From Oikopleura dioica (lineage: Eukaryota > Animalia > Chordata): a DNA stretch of 64,000 bases. Below the pieces are notes generated by a model. That model was not told where the DNA came from and made no database searches. It worked only from the letters and a program-made list of their open reading frames with translations. Position 1 is the first letter of the stretch; each line of letters opens with the position of its first letter. The translations under genes were made by a program, and so were the position numbers. The stretch lies in assembly GCA_907165135.1 (NCBI GenBank), contig OU015566.1:4154001-4218000 (forward strand). Direction: 5' to 3'. This document shows positions 24,868-37,236 of this stretch, one piece after another.

Positions 24868-25937
24868 ATGTTCACTTTCAGCGTGAACATTTCGAATTTG
24901 GAAAATTGGTGGTTGCGGCTCCGTCGCAACATCAAGAGAGCCTTCGTCTACCCGTATCCGTCCATGTCACTTGGATCGTAAGTACCAGAAAATTTTGAGA
25001 CTAGAAATTGTGACTAGTAATTAGCAAAATTAAAATTAACTATTAACTAAATAAAACTAAAATTGCAAATTTAGCCACACATCCACTTCATCCCTGTCCA
25101 TGCCAGACGAAGAGCGCGACTTGGACATGTCGAATTCGTCGATGGCTAACCAGCTCGCGGATACGCTTCAGGCGAATGCGGAGCAATTCCAGCGACAGCT
25201 TCCTGCCCGACACCCTGACCCACGCCGACTCTTCATCTCCCTACTCGATCATCAAGAGATCACGGTCGAGAAGTTTATCATCGTGGCCCACCTCAGCGGA
25301 TTTCGAGTAAGTTTATTTTGAAACAAAAGAAAATTGGCATTTTATTTTAGCGAGTCAACAACCTCATGTTGTTTTCCTGGTTTTTCGTCGGCTGCATCTT
25401 CACGGTGGCGGTGATGATATTGGTTCTTATGCTGTTTCCGGCTCGACGCCGCTGCTTAAGCGGACGCTTCGCGCGCAGCTTGATTGGTTAGTTTATTTGG
25501 CGCAATTGCGCTTAAAAATCATTTAGCGCCACCCGCTGGCAACTTGTCAATTTCTGTCCCCCCGATGGATTTTGGCCTCGACGACTTTGGCTTTGTCAAC
25601 GACCTCGTCAACGGCCTCGTCAACGGCACCGCCACCAACCTCACCGCCATGAACCTCACCGCAAACTCCAGCGTCGCCAACTTTGCCACCTCCAACGACA
25701 CCCTTTTCATCTACGACGATGAAGATTTCGGCTCCGGCGACTTTGGCTCCGGCGACTTCGGCTCCGGAATGGACGTCGTCTTCGAGTCCTTTGGCTTCGA
25801 CGAATCCGACGGCGACTACAAGGGCGAGCTCTTTTTCGACATGGTTGTCGGTAAGTTTAAACTTGATTGAAACTAAAATTGAAACTAAAATTGAAATTTT
25901 AGGATCGCTCGAAGCCGCTTTTCGAGCCTTTTGGTAA
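24868..25937 (+). CDS. Viral type II membrane glycoprotein / proteoglycan-like protein; 5 exons
   Basis: Four in-frame GT-AG introns (24978-25074, 25307-25350, 25487-25526 and one from 25851); TM LMLFSWFFVGCIFTVAVMILVLMLFP; several N-x-S/T sequons; DEDFGSGDFGSGDFGSG. Confidence 0.7.
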
Positions 25938-26230
25938 AACGATCGCCTGAAACCCCTCCAAATTGTTCTTCCACGAATTGGCTTCTCCCTGTACATTGTC
26001 CCTGGTTAAAAACACCTCGTCTTCATCTATCATTCCATCACTCAAGCTTTTCCTGACCTCGACTTCTTGATCCCTTTCTTATCATTTAGCCTTTCTTCTC
26101 GTTTAGCTTTATCATCTTTAGCGTTTCTTCTCGTTTAGCTTTAGCCTGTATCATCATCTCTCTGTTTTAACCCTGTTCCAAATTTCTATCCCTTTAATTA
26201 GAACTCTTGTGAAAAATTAAAAATTTCAGG

Positions 26231-27434
26231 ATGTCGAAATCGGCCCAGAAAATGAATGCCAAGCCAGATCTCTCGACAGTGACCGAAGAGTCGACAATTG
26301 TCGGCTCTGATGATCCAGAGAAATTCTACGCCCGCATCGATCCGCCATCCAAGCCGCCACCGCCGCGCCCGCTCAAGACTCCAGCGGAATTCGCGCCGCC
26401 GCCGCCGCCGCCGCCGCCGTCGTTCAAGAAGCCTCCGCCACCGCTCCAAAAGCCGCCCGATGCGCAGAAAAAGCCCGACGCCGAGACACGAGAGCCCGTA
26501 CGGGAGCCCAAGCACAAAGTGTTCATTCGGGATCCTGTGCACATTTGTCGGAGCTCGGAATCTAAGCCTCTCATCGAAGCTCCGTCTCTGAGCGTCATCG
26601 GCCACTGCGGCGATCGACAGGTAGTGCCCCCTTTTAAGTGAGCAAAATCAAAGCTCAACTTCTAACGGAGCATTAAGGATCCGCGAGAGCTCAACGACTC
26701 TAGCGATGATGATGAGCAGCCAAATCGGTACCAGCATCAGTTCCGGAACTCGAGCCGCGCAAGACGACGAGGGCGATTTGGATCTTGCGGACGACCAGCT
26801 GCTGCTCTCAAACAGGTAAATTTTTTCAATTTTGCAAAAACTTTCTTTTGACAAGGACAACGACGACTTGGACGCCCTTGCCGACCAATTTGTTCGATTT
26901 GGCGTGGCACGATCATCTCCTAAACGTCCACAACCTCCACCTCGCCCGTCTGTTGACCGGCAACGACTGCTCGCCGAAAACGCCAAGGTTCTCACCGAAG
27001 CGGAAAGCGCTCGAGAAGCAATGGCGAGCGCTCAAATCAAACCTCCACCCCCGCCGCCGAGTGCCTACTTTGGCACCCCGGTAAGTTTAGACACGGGTGC
27101 TTTTGCTGACTTTTACTTTTAGGATGACGAGATCGATGCTTTCTTTGTCCGCGACAATCCCGAGCGCGCGTTTGTCAGCGGACTTGCCAAGACAAACCAT
27201 CACCGGCTCCTGAATTTCAAGCCGTCGCTGAAGATTGCATGCGCCGACGATCCCACCGCGATCAGCAAGAACAAGTTCCAACTCCAGGTGGTCACCACGC
27301 ATCGAATCAAGATCCTCGGAGGGCAAGGGCTGCTCGACATGACGCAGAAGTCGACAACAACTACGCCAATCAACTGGGACGGAAGTTTGCAGCACACCAG
27401 CAGCGTCCAGCGAATCAACAACTACTACAACTAG
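26231..27434 (+). CDS. Proline-rich viral orphan with a globular C-terminal exon; ~4 exons
   Basis: ORFs 26231-26641 and 26832-27122; last exon DDEIDAFFVRDNPERAFVSG...RINNYYN after GTAAGT...TTTTAG. Confidence 0.6.
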
Positions 27435-27586
27435 TTCCCCTGCACCTGCTCTTCCACTGCTTTTGCTAGTTTAGTCGACTGTGCGCAAAAAAGCTCGCCA
27501 ACTTGGCTCGCCAACTTGGCTCGCCAACTTGGCTCGCCAACCTGGCTTGAGCTAAAATTTTAGCTAAAATTACAATTTTAGAAAAA

Positions 27587-28379
27587 ATGGGTCGCAAAAA
27601 AGCGACCGAATACGTTTGCGAGGCCGTTGCTCGAATCGACCGCGATGCCCGGAAGATCAAGACCGTCGTAAAGACAACTACGAGCCGCGTCTTGCGTCGT
27701 AAGTTCAAGTTTCGAGGGGCCCCCTTATTTACTTTAAGCCTTTCGATCCGAGGGAATCGTTTCCTCAGCAGCCCGGCTATCGCTCCGAGATCGTCCGTCG
27801 ACTAGCGCACCATCGGGCTCAAGTGAAGGCTCGACAAGCTCATCTCCGCCTCGAACGCGACGCGCTTCAACTGGCGCAATTTCTCGCAAGAAAAGTGCCC
27901 TTGACGTCGTTTCGGATGTCGTTGACACTGCGTCCAGTAAGTCTAAATTTGTAAAAACCTGTTAACATGAATTTTTAGAATTTCTGTCAAATCAGAATTT
28001 GGTAACAGTTGGCGCCCGGATCAAAGATGTCGAACTTCACGCCAGCTATGCGACTCGTCCGACTTTTCCTGCACCTCTTCCGCCTTATTTCAGCCCCTAC
28101 CAGTACCCGTACCCGTCTTCGCGTCCCACTTCGGCACCTCCTTCTCCGCCTGACTCTCGTGCTCGTTCTCTGCAGAGTTCTCCCATTTACCCACCCGCTT
28201 ACCACACCCTTTCTCATACGAGTTCTTTTTCGAGTTCCCGTACGGGTTCCCTTACGGGTTCCCATACGGGTTCCCATATGGGTTCTCCTTCGATTTCTCA
28301 TGCGGGTTCCCGTACGGGTTTTCCCGACTACTGTCCAATCTATCCCCCACTCCCGCCGTTTGATCAATTTCATCGATAG
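27587..28379 (+). CDS. Viral orphan with basic N-terminus and Pro/Ser/Tyr-rich C-terminus; 3 exons
   Basis: MGRKKATEYVC... joined by two GTAAGT-AG introns to ORF 27999-28379. Confidence 0.6.
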
Positions 28380-28422
28380 TCAATCCCCCGCCCCACCTTA
28401 CCGTAAAATTTATTCTAGAGCG

Positions 28423-30300
28423 ATGGAGAGTCCGCTAGATGTCTCGCCTGTTAGAGTTCGGCGCTCTAAAAGAAACTGCCGTAAAAAGGAGCAGCCCCGC
28501 ACCAAATCCGGAAAACTGTCTGCAGCGATGTCGGAGCCAATCCGAAAAACCGGCAAATACAACCGAAGAGGCAAATTTAACCAAATCTGGCATCAATAAC
28601 GATTTTTTAGTGCTCTACTCGGCCGATCAGCCCATCTACGGATCTCGTGGCCGCCAAAACGGTAATTTATCGCCAAAAAGCTTTATCTCATCAAAAATTT
28701 AGTAGACCCGCCAATCGAAAGGCCAACTCGACGACGAAGTCAGGGCCACCCCCGAATTCCTCTCTACCAGCAGCGGCTGCGACGAAACGACTCGCCAGCA
28801 CGCCGTGAGCAGCCTCGGCGCCAGCAGCCCCAGCGCCAGCAGCCTCTGCGCCAACAACCTCTGCGCCAACAACCCCAGCGTCAGCAACGCGAGCAGCCAC
28901 AGCGACAGCAGCCCCAGCGCCAGCAGCCACAGCGCCAACAGCCCGAACGCCAGCAACGCCAACAGCCCCAACGCCAGCAGCCACAGCGCCAGCAACGCGA
29001 GCAACGCCAGCCTTCTCCAGCTCGACAAGCGTCTCCAGAGCCAGCTCGACAACCGTCTCGACAACCGTCTCGACAACCGTCTCGACAACCGTCTCCGCAG
29101 CCCGCTTCCCCGCTCCCTCGACAACCGTCTCCGAATACAGCGCCGACTACAGCTCCAGCGCCGACTCGAGCGCTCACTGGTGCCGAGCGGTATCCAAACG
29201 TGGCTCGCTGGCTCGACTCGCAAGAGGATCCCGAGCCCGACTTGGTCCCAATCAATTCCGTCAAGCGATGGAGCATCGCTTCTAACCTCAACTCGATTGT
29301 CGATGACAATCTGAGCGCAGAGGGCCTCACCGGATGTCTCAAGGGCACAAAGCTGGCCAAGTTGCTCAAGGGGCTCCCAATCACCGACAAGCCGGTCCAC
29401 GTCTTCAACTGGCTTCAGCTCGGCGCCTTCTTCCCCAAATTCAAAGTCGTCGACGGATACTTGACGATTTCGTCGCTGCGAATCTGGGCAAGTCTTTTTC
29501 GCTCTTGCAAAATTTTAAAGTGGCAATTTAGATTGATTTGCCGAGCGAAGGCTGGTCATTGCTCAACGTTGAAGACGCCATCAACTCGCAAACCGCCCCC
29601 AAAATCTACAAGCACGTGACGACTGCTCCGTTGGTGGCTCATCCCTGGCCCGACTGGCAAATCGACGATCTCGCCAACGTCAAGGCGGCCTATTTGCTCG
29701 TCGCCGGCTTCATTCCCTGCGCCACCATTCCCGAATACGACCCGGGAGCCATTCGATGGAATCAAATGGTAAGATTTTCAATTTGCGACAAGAAATTAAC
29801 AAATTTCAGGAGTGCCGAATGTCTGGCACTATCAAGCCGATCCAAAAGAAGCTCCTCCGCTACAATTTGGAGCTCAAGCTCTATCAGAGCGCCATCAGCG
29901 AAAACGAAGAGCAAATCCGCTCTTCGAAAGAAAACAACGACCCTTCCGGTGAGCGAGAGCGCTTCAAAACGCTCTTTAAAGTTCTCCGCGGCCGCGACGC
30001 TCGCTCCGTCAACGAAGTACGCCGAATCGACGAGCCCATCTTGTGGGCCATTGGCAGCACCGCCCGCTCTTTTGAACACCTCGTCGGCTGGCTCCCAAAG
30101 CGCGCAATGGCGCAAAATCTTCTCGCCGCAAATGCTGCTTCTCGACCCACCGAGTCCGACGCCTTTTGCACTTTGGTAAGTCGATCAAAAGAGCCAAATT
30201 CTAATCAAAGTTGTAGTTCAACTAGCTGCCGCCGTCGCCACTTTCGTCGCCGCCGCTGCTGCACTCGCCGCCGATAAAAGTGCCATCCCCACTACTAACC
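28423..30300 (+). CDS. Viral orphan: basic NLS-like start, Gln/Arg/Pro repeats, ~300-aa globular C-terminal part; ~6 exons, 3' end approximate
   Basis: Continuous frame through introns including GC-AG 29488-29531 (GCAAGT) and GT-AG introns at ~29768 and ~30176. Confidence 0.65.
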
Positions 30301-30607
30301 CAACCCGACGTACTAACATGCACCCATCACTCAAAACATTTTCCTGCCCGTTTTTCAATTGATACTTTTGTGCTTTTAAATTTTCGCTTTATTTGACTGT
30401 TTAAGATTTAGTTTCTGCTTCAAACTTTCCTTCAAATTTAGTTTTGCTTCGATTCCGTTTCCTTCAAATTTAGTTTTGCTCCTAGATTCCGCTTGTTTCA
30501 AATTCGTAAAACTAGCTTTAAATTGTTCAAACTTGTGCCACTCTTTCTCAAACACTCAATCTAGACCACTCAATTGTACTTGCGCTCTAATCAAAAATTT
30601 TAGAATT

Positions 30608-32736
30608 ATGCTCGTTTGGTTGATCTTGGCGGCGAGCTTGAGCTCACAAGAGATGACAAGCGAAGAGCACCGACGATACTGCAGCCGCTTCGTTAATCAC
30701 CAAGACCTGATTTGCCGGAAACACGCCCCAAAGCCCTCGTCAACTATTCCGCCAACGCTCGAGCCGCCGACGACCGAGCCTTCAACGCCCGAGCCGTCTC
30801 CACCACCACCACCAACGCTGGAGCCGTCTCCACCGCCAACTCCAGAGCCAAAGTCGTCCAAGGCCTCTTCTCCGTCCAAGCCGACTCCTCCAACTCCCGA
30901 GCCAACGTCAACGGTCAAGACAACATCCATGTCAACTTTGCCGGTCGAGACAACTTTTGCCGAGATCCCAACGAGCAGCAATCAAACGGACTCGCCAAGC
31001 CCTACGTCGCCGAGCTCTACGTCGACGAGCCCTGCGCCACCGAGCCCTACGTCGGGACGTACGTCATCTGTCGAAAAAGGAAAAATTAATTTTCTCACGT
31101 GAGTACGCTAGGTGCTTTTTCTCACCAGGTACCCTGAGCGCGCGGGGTACCCTGGCGCGCATATGGTGCATTTAATTTTATTTTTTCATTTATTTTATTT
31201 TCCTTTTTTGCACCCCGTGTGCGCCAGGGTACCCCATGCGCTCAAGGTACCTGGCGTCGCTAACCACCCCGTAGGCTCTTGTTAATTATCGGCCTCGCTT
31301 TCTCCTTTTTGGTGGTATTGATCGTTCTTGGAATGCATTGCCGGCTGGTGCGCTCACGGTACGAAACAATTCCCATGGAAGAAGTCGATGCCGAAGGTGA
31401 GGACCCCTATGAGCTCAGAAGAGACTTTGAATATTTTGCAGCTCTTGATGCAGAGAGGACAAACAGAGCCACCAACCGTCGAGCGGAAGAAGAGGAAATT
31501 GCTGCAACACGTGCTGCTGCAGAAAATGCCGCTGCTGCTGCCGCTGCTTCAAACCAGCCAGGAACCTCCGCGGCGACCTCGTCAGAAAGTCAGCCAACCA
31601 CGTCAACGACCTCGCCAGGAATCTCCTCGGCGACCTCGTCAACGACCTTGTCAGGAAATCCGCCGACAAATTCTCCACAGCTGTCCGAAGAGTCCTTTTC
31701 AATCGAGACCGAAATTTCAAATTTCGAGAGCTCGCGAACGCCGCCCGAAAATCGAAGCTCTGCGCTCCAAGCGGTAAGTTTTTACGAAAATTACAATTAT
31801 TGATTTTTAACTCTTATTTCAGAAAACGCCGCAACAAACAATGGAGCAATATCTCGCCAGCCTTCCGCCCGATGTTGTCGAGCACATTGACAAGTACGAG
31901 TCCCTCAAAGCCCGATTTGATGTCCAGTCGCCGATTACAAAGAAGCTGGCAAAGATTACGGTGCCGCTGAAAAAGCTGATGGATGCGCCGGCAAAATTTG
32001 GGATTTTGCGACGACAGCTCTTTGTGGAAACGCCGTTTTCAACGCCAGTCGCTTCGCCTGCTCCCTCGGCGACTCCGTCGGCGACTTCATCGCCAGAATT
32101 TGTCTCGGCACTTCAGTCGCCGATCGCATCGCCCGCTCGTCCAAATTTGTCGCTGCTCTCCGAGGAAGGAAACGACTACTGGAAGAACGAGTATTGGAGC
32201 AACTCGCCAGTCGCCAAGGTTTCACCGTTTAGCGTTGTCGAGCCAAAGCAGGAGCCGACGACGGAGCCAAAGCTGGAGACAAAGCTGGAGCCAAAGCTGG
32301 AGCCGCAGCCAAAGCCAAAGACGGAGCCAAAGACGGAGCCAGAGACGGAGCCAAAGCTGGAGCCAAAGACGGAGCCAGAGACGGAGCCAGAGACGGAGCC
32401 AACGACGGTGCCAAAGACGGAGCCAACGACGGAGCCAAAGCACACTTACGCCGCCACCGAATACGAATACGACTGGCGATTCGGCTGGCAATATGATGAT
32501 GGGCAATTTGTGCCGAAAAAAGAAGAACCCAAAGTCGAAGGCGGCGTCTTTTACCGCGAAATGGAAAAGCTTTTGGATGAATTCGACGGGCCCAACGATC
32601 AAGAATTCACCTTTATCGATGGGCTGGTTGCCTTTGGAAACTATATTTCGTAAGTTTTAGGCCTTTTGATTTTTACTCATTTTTGTCTAGAAAGCGAACT
32701 CAAGCTGCCACCACCGCCAACTCCTCCACCGCCTGA
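30608..32736 (+). CDS. Viral type I membrane mucin-like glycoprotein (~600 aa); 4 exons
   Basis: Signal peptide MLVWLILAASLSS, Cys pair, P/T/S stalk; intron 31099-31274 joins the TM LLLIIGLAFSFLVVLIVLGM; a further intron joins ORF 31841-32653 in frame. Confidence 0.7.
31125..31254. repeat. GC-rich fold-back (~46-bp arms, AT-rich loop) inside a viral intron
   Basis: CCAGGTACCCTGAGCGCGCGGGGTACCCTGGCGCGCATATGGTGCA pairs with TGCACCCCGTGTGCGCCAGGGTACCCCATGCGCTCAAGGTACCTGG. Confidence 0.8.
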
Positions 32737-32801
32737 TTGCTTCCAATTGTGCCTCTAAAACTTTAAATTTTTTCAAATTTTCAAGGTGCCATTTTTAGTT
32801 T

Positions 32802-35668
32802 ATGACATATGGATCGGAATATTGCCTTGACGCCGGAATCAATTCAACGTGGCCGCGAGCGACTCGTCCAGCGCCGACAACGACGACGAGAGCGACATCA
32901 ATCATGGGTTCAAGGCCACTCGGATGGTCTCAACGTCCCAATTACCCGGAGTCGGTCACGCCGTTCTTTGTTGCAAGCCGACCCAACTCCGCGTCCAGCA
33001 ACACCAGCGCCCCCACGTATGCGGGAGTCGTCACCACTGGCTCGGCCCTTCCCACCTTTGTCCCTCTTGCCACCAGTCGAGTCAGATCAAGAAGCGTCGG
33101 CCCCGCCGCCGCCGCCGCCGCAAACAACAACGACAGCGCCAACAACGGCGCTGCCAACAACGCAGCCTCCAACAACGACGACGCCAACGGCCACTCCAAC
33201 GGCCACGCCAACGCCAACTCCACCAGCCACGCCGCCGATACGGGACCTGGTCAATCAAACGTCCGCACTTCTGGATCCCCACCAAAGACCAGCTACTCCA
33301 TCAACGACGGCGGTGACAAAGCGAATGAGCGAGCTGAACCCGTTCGGTCGCAAGAAGAGCCACTTCGAACGCCCATTGTCAACTCCACCGCCAGTCCTTC
33401 GCTTACGGAGCCTAGCCCGGTCTCCTACGAGAGCGACAACGATTTCACCATTCTCGAGCGAGCCATCAACAGCGTCCTCGACTCCTCCAGCAACTCTGAA
33501 CAAACTGTCGTCGGAGCGGGCACTGACAACAGCCCGGAAACGAGCTCTCGAACGAGCTCTCGAACCAGCCCTGGAACCAGCCCTGGAACCAGCCCTGGAA
33601 CCGACAGCACCGCCAACGGCCACACCAACGGCAACGCCAACGGCAACGCCAACGGCAACGCCAACCTTTTCGACAATGCCGCCCCAATTTGCTCCCGAGT
33701 CGAATTTGTCGATCCACCCAATTCAACTGGTGGCGGTATTTGTGGCGATTTTCGCACTTTATCAGATGCTCAAGGCGGTTTTCACGCGAAACCAGCAATA
33801 AGGTAAGCCATCGCAGTCAACAGATTTTTCAAGTGTATTCTAGTGCATCAGGGCTCATTCCAAAAGAGCTCTTTTACGCGAAAACTGTCCCCCGCAACAC
33901 CTGGGTCGACTACTCGTCTTCGCTGGCGAGTCATGTGCGCGAAAACACGGGCATTTTTACTCGAATGCCGACTTCATTCAAGGGCGAATTTGGTTTCACC
34001 GTTCTCCCGCAAGTTTGGCCTCTTGTCGAAGCAGACGCACTCTTCAATCAACTGCTCGACGACATTCTCGTCTGCTGCCACCAGGAAAAGACGCTGACCT
34101 TGGACAATGTGCACCAGCGATCGTTGCTCTCCAGCCACTTGCTCGATTCGATTCCGCACTCGAGCCGCTTTGGCGCTTCCATTGCGTAAGTTTTTGCCGC
34201 TTTGCGTATACTAATCAGTGAATAGACTCGCGGAATTTTACTTGGCGGCGTGCGATTGCAAGTTCATTCCGAGGTCTTATTGGACGGGGCGAGAAGAGAA
34301 TGGTGATATGAGAGCCGTCAGCTACCTTGGGCGAAATATCTGCTCTTCAACAAACTCGCCACTCACCAACGACTCGACCGCAGCACCAGAGGACAGCGAA
34401 TACTTGGTCGGTATGTTCTAATTCTAGCAAAGCAAAAACTCACAAAACGGTTTAGGTCTCGACGTTACAACCGAGCTGACATCGATTATGCAAAGCATTT
34501 GCATGGCGAGTTACTCGGAAGTCAAGTCGCGGCAAGCGTTTTCACCGACTGTGCATGAAATCGACTGGACGACTCTTCATCGCAGCGACGCATTCGCCCA
34601 TCTGGTGACCGTTGCCAACATTGTCGACTACACGTACAAGGACCTGGCGCTTCCAATCCAAAATCGACTCGGCCGAAGATACCACGATTTGGAAACTCCG
34701 CGAGTCTTTGGAACATTTCTCCAGGTCGAACTGCCGAAGCTCGCCAAGGATCTTGCTCTGCTCAAGGGCTACTCCTTTCACCACAACTCGGAAAACGTCG
34801 CACTCTCGATGCTCGGAATTATTCGCCAATTTTTGGTGAAATTTGTCGAAAGCGAAGAGCAGCGACTCACCAAAGTGCTCTCCTTTACAGCGCTAGAAAA
34901 GGAGCTCGTCTTTCAGCCGTTGGAGAATCTGTCGCCCGAGCAGCAGCAATCCCGACGCGTTCTCCTCCGCACCCACAAGACCCTGCGCGGCACGTGCATC
35001 GCAAATCACAGGTGAGTGAAGTTAGAATTATGAGTGACTCATAAAGCTATCTTCATTCATTAGGCACACAATGTTGGTACTGCTGGATCGACTCGCCAAC
35101 TTTTACGTCGTCTTTGCGCTGCAAGAAGATCCGATGCTCCGCCTTAAATCTGTCCTCAAGTACGACCACGTCATCAACCAAACGCTCATCACAAAGAGGC
35201 GATCGCAATTTCGATCCCTTTTGCAAACGCTGGGCATGGATGCAGCCGACTTTCCACTCTACTGCGAGACAAAAAAGCTCGACGGCACAGGTAAGCTTTT
35301 TGCGCCCTTTGCGCTTTTTTGCACTTTTTGCACACTTTTTACCAAAAATTCTAGCGTTTGACATCAAGCCGCCAAGCCCGCTCAAGCGACGTTTTGATCC
35401 AAGCCGCCTCGTCGCTCCCAGCCGAAAACGAACCATCAGTTCCGTCTTTAGAAGCGTCGTCGGAGTTCCAACTCGTCGAGCCTCTGCACGTGCTTCATCC
35501 GTAGACACCGCCGGGGCGTACGCCGCCACCGCCGCCGTCAGTACTGGCGCCACAGCTGCAAGCAGCGCCACCGGGGCGTACGCCACCGCCGCCTCAAATA
35601 AAAACGACCCCTTTTCAGGTAAATCACCAAAAAGCACAATAGACAAATAATCAGATTTGTTTTTCTAA
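32802..35668 (+). CDS. Large viral orphan (~850 aa): disordered Asn/Ser-rich N-terminus, long helical globular region, basic tail; ~7 exons
   Basis: ORFs 32802, 33689, 34218, 34488, 35071 and 35114 join in frame through canonical GT-AG introns. Confidence 0.7.
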
Positions 35669-35899
35669 CGCCCTTCTCACGATGAAGTGTCTTCAACCAA
35701 GCCATAGCACCCAAGCAAGCCTGTCCTGCAGTTCAAGAATGCACGAACATTATATTAGAAAAGGATACACGTGTGAAACAAGTTCAATACGGCTAGGAAT
35801 GTAAGGAATGTGAGAGATATATGCGCGGCCCCTTTTTGGTCTTTTTTCTGTGGCACCATTTTTTACACCTTTAAACTGCTTTTACTGGAACATTTGTAC

Positions 35900-36035
35900 A
35901 TTTTCACCCTTTTTCGCCTTTTTATGCTTTTCTCGTTATTTATGCTTTTCTCGTCATTTATGCTTTTTCGCCATTTATGCCCTTTTTCGCCATTTATGCC
36001 CTTTTTCGCCATTTATGCTTTTCTTCGTTATTTAT
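35900..36035 (+). repeat. ~7 x 17-19 bp TTTATGC(T/C)TTTTCGCCA-type repeats at the convergent end of the two transcription blocks
   Basis: Directly visible. Confidence 0.7.
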
Positions 36036-36267
36036 GCCCTGAATTCATTTAAAAGCAAAAATCCAAAAAAATCTCAAAACCTCTTTTTAAACATGATTGA
36101 AACTGCCAATAAACATTGTAAATATTCATCTTAAACAATCGTTTTTTATTTACAAAAGTTGAGCAGGTTTTGCGCACATTTAAAGCTAGTTTGGAAAAGC
36201 AGAGTTGCAGAAAAATGAAGGTTGAAGCAGGGTTAAAGAAGCAGAGTTGAAGCCAGGCAGGGTCGAG

Positions 36268-37236
36268 CTAGGAATGTATCCACGAGGGCGGAAACGTGTA
36301 AACGACAACTTGGTAAGCGAGCAGGCGATGAAGGCGCACATTCGAGTCTTGAAACACGTTGCGCCGCTGAAATGTGTTGATCAAGAGTTTGTTTTTGAAG
36401 GCGTCGGGTTCAAGTTCGTGCACAAGTTGATCAATGTCGGCGGGAGTTACAAGAAGTTCGGTGTCGTTTACTGAGCCCCAGGTGTTGGGGTATACAATCC
36501 TCACCTTGGGGCTCATTTCGTGCAAGTTTCCCTGTCGATCGCGCAATCTTCTAGAGCTTATGGTTGTGTAAAAGGCGTCGACTTGAACGCGCAGCAGCCC
36601 ATTGAGATTGTGCGCAATTTTTCTCACCGTTTCTTGAATATCCCACGTGTTGAGCAAAGTGATGCTGTACCGATTGCACAGTTCGTAATGGCGTTTCCAG
36701 CGATCCCCAGCAAAGGACATTTTGTGATGGTCCCAATGATCTCCTAAAATTCTCTGTGAGCCATAATGTTGAAAATTTATACTAGCGTTTCAATTTTGCA
36801 AAGTTTAAAATTTGAATTTCTAGTTTTGGTGAAACCCATGTAAAACAGCTCGTCCGAACTTACGTATAAAGTAAATTGGCGCATATTGTAGCGGAGAATC
36901 TAGCGCATACAGGCACTCCTCTTCAATCGGCTCAAAATATTCTTCGGGGTCGGGATAAGCGCTTTCCATGTTGTTGTTGGGAATGAGCTCGTTGAGAAAC
37001 TTGATGTCCGCCTTGGTTCCCTCGCCAAGATTGTCGCTTTCGCTTTGCCAGTTGATAATGTTTCTCGAGGCGGGATAATACCAATCGAGCTCTTCTGGCG
37101 ACAACTCGTAATCATTTTTCTCGTCTGCATCTACTGGATTGCGTGGAGGCCTCAACGGAACAGAGCGCCGATACCGACTTCTTTGGCGCCGAATGTACTC
37201 GACCGTTTCACTTAGACGCTCGCGAAAACCTCTCAT
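36268..37236 (-). CDS. 282-aa protein, candidate stand-alone terminal protein (TP); 2 exons
   Basis: Exons 37236-36864 and 36743-36268 join in frame; the C-terminal half resembles, by eye, the TP region normally fused to Polinton pPolB. Confidence 0.55.

Noticed and set aside
21502-33798. Many antisense ORFs over the left-arm genes (e.g. 21617-22399, 23192-23704, 28699-29400, 28881-29408)
   Set aside because: Shadows of GC-rich, repeat-rich sense genes; no splice or start support.
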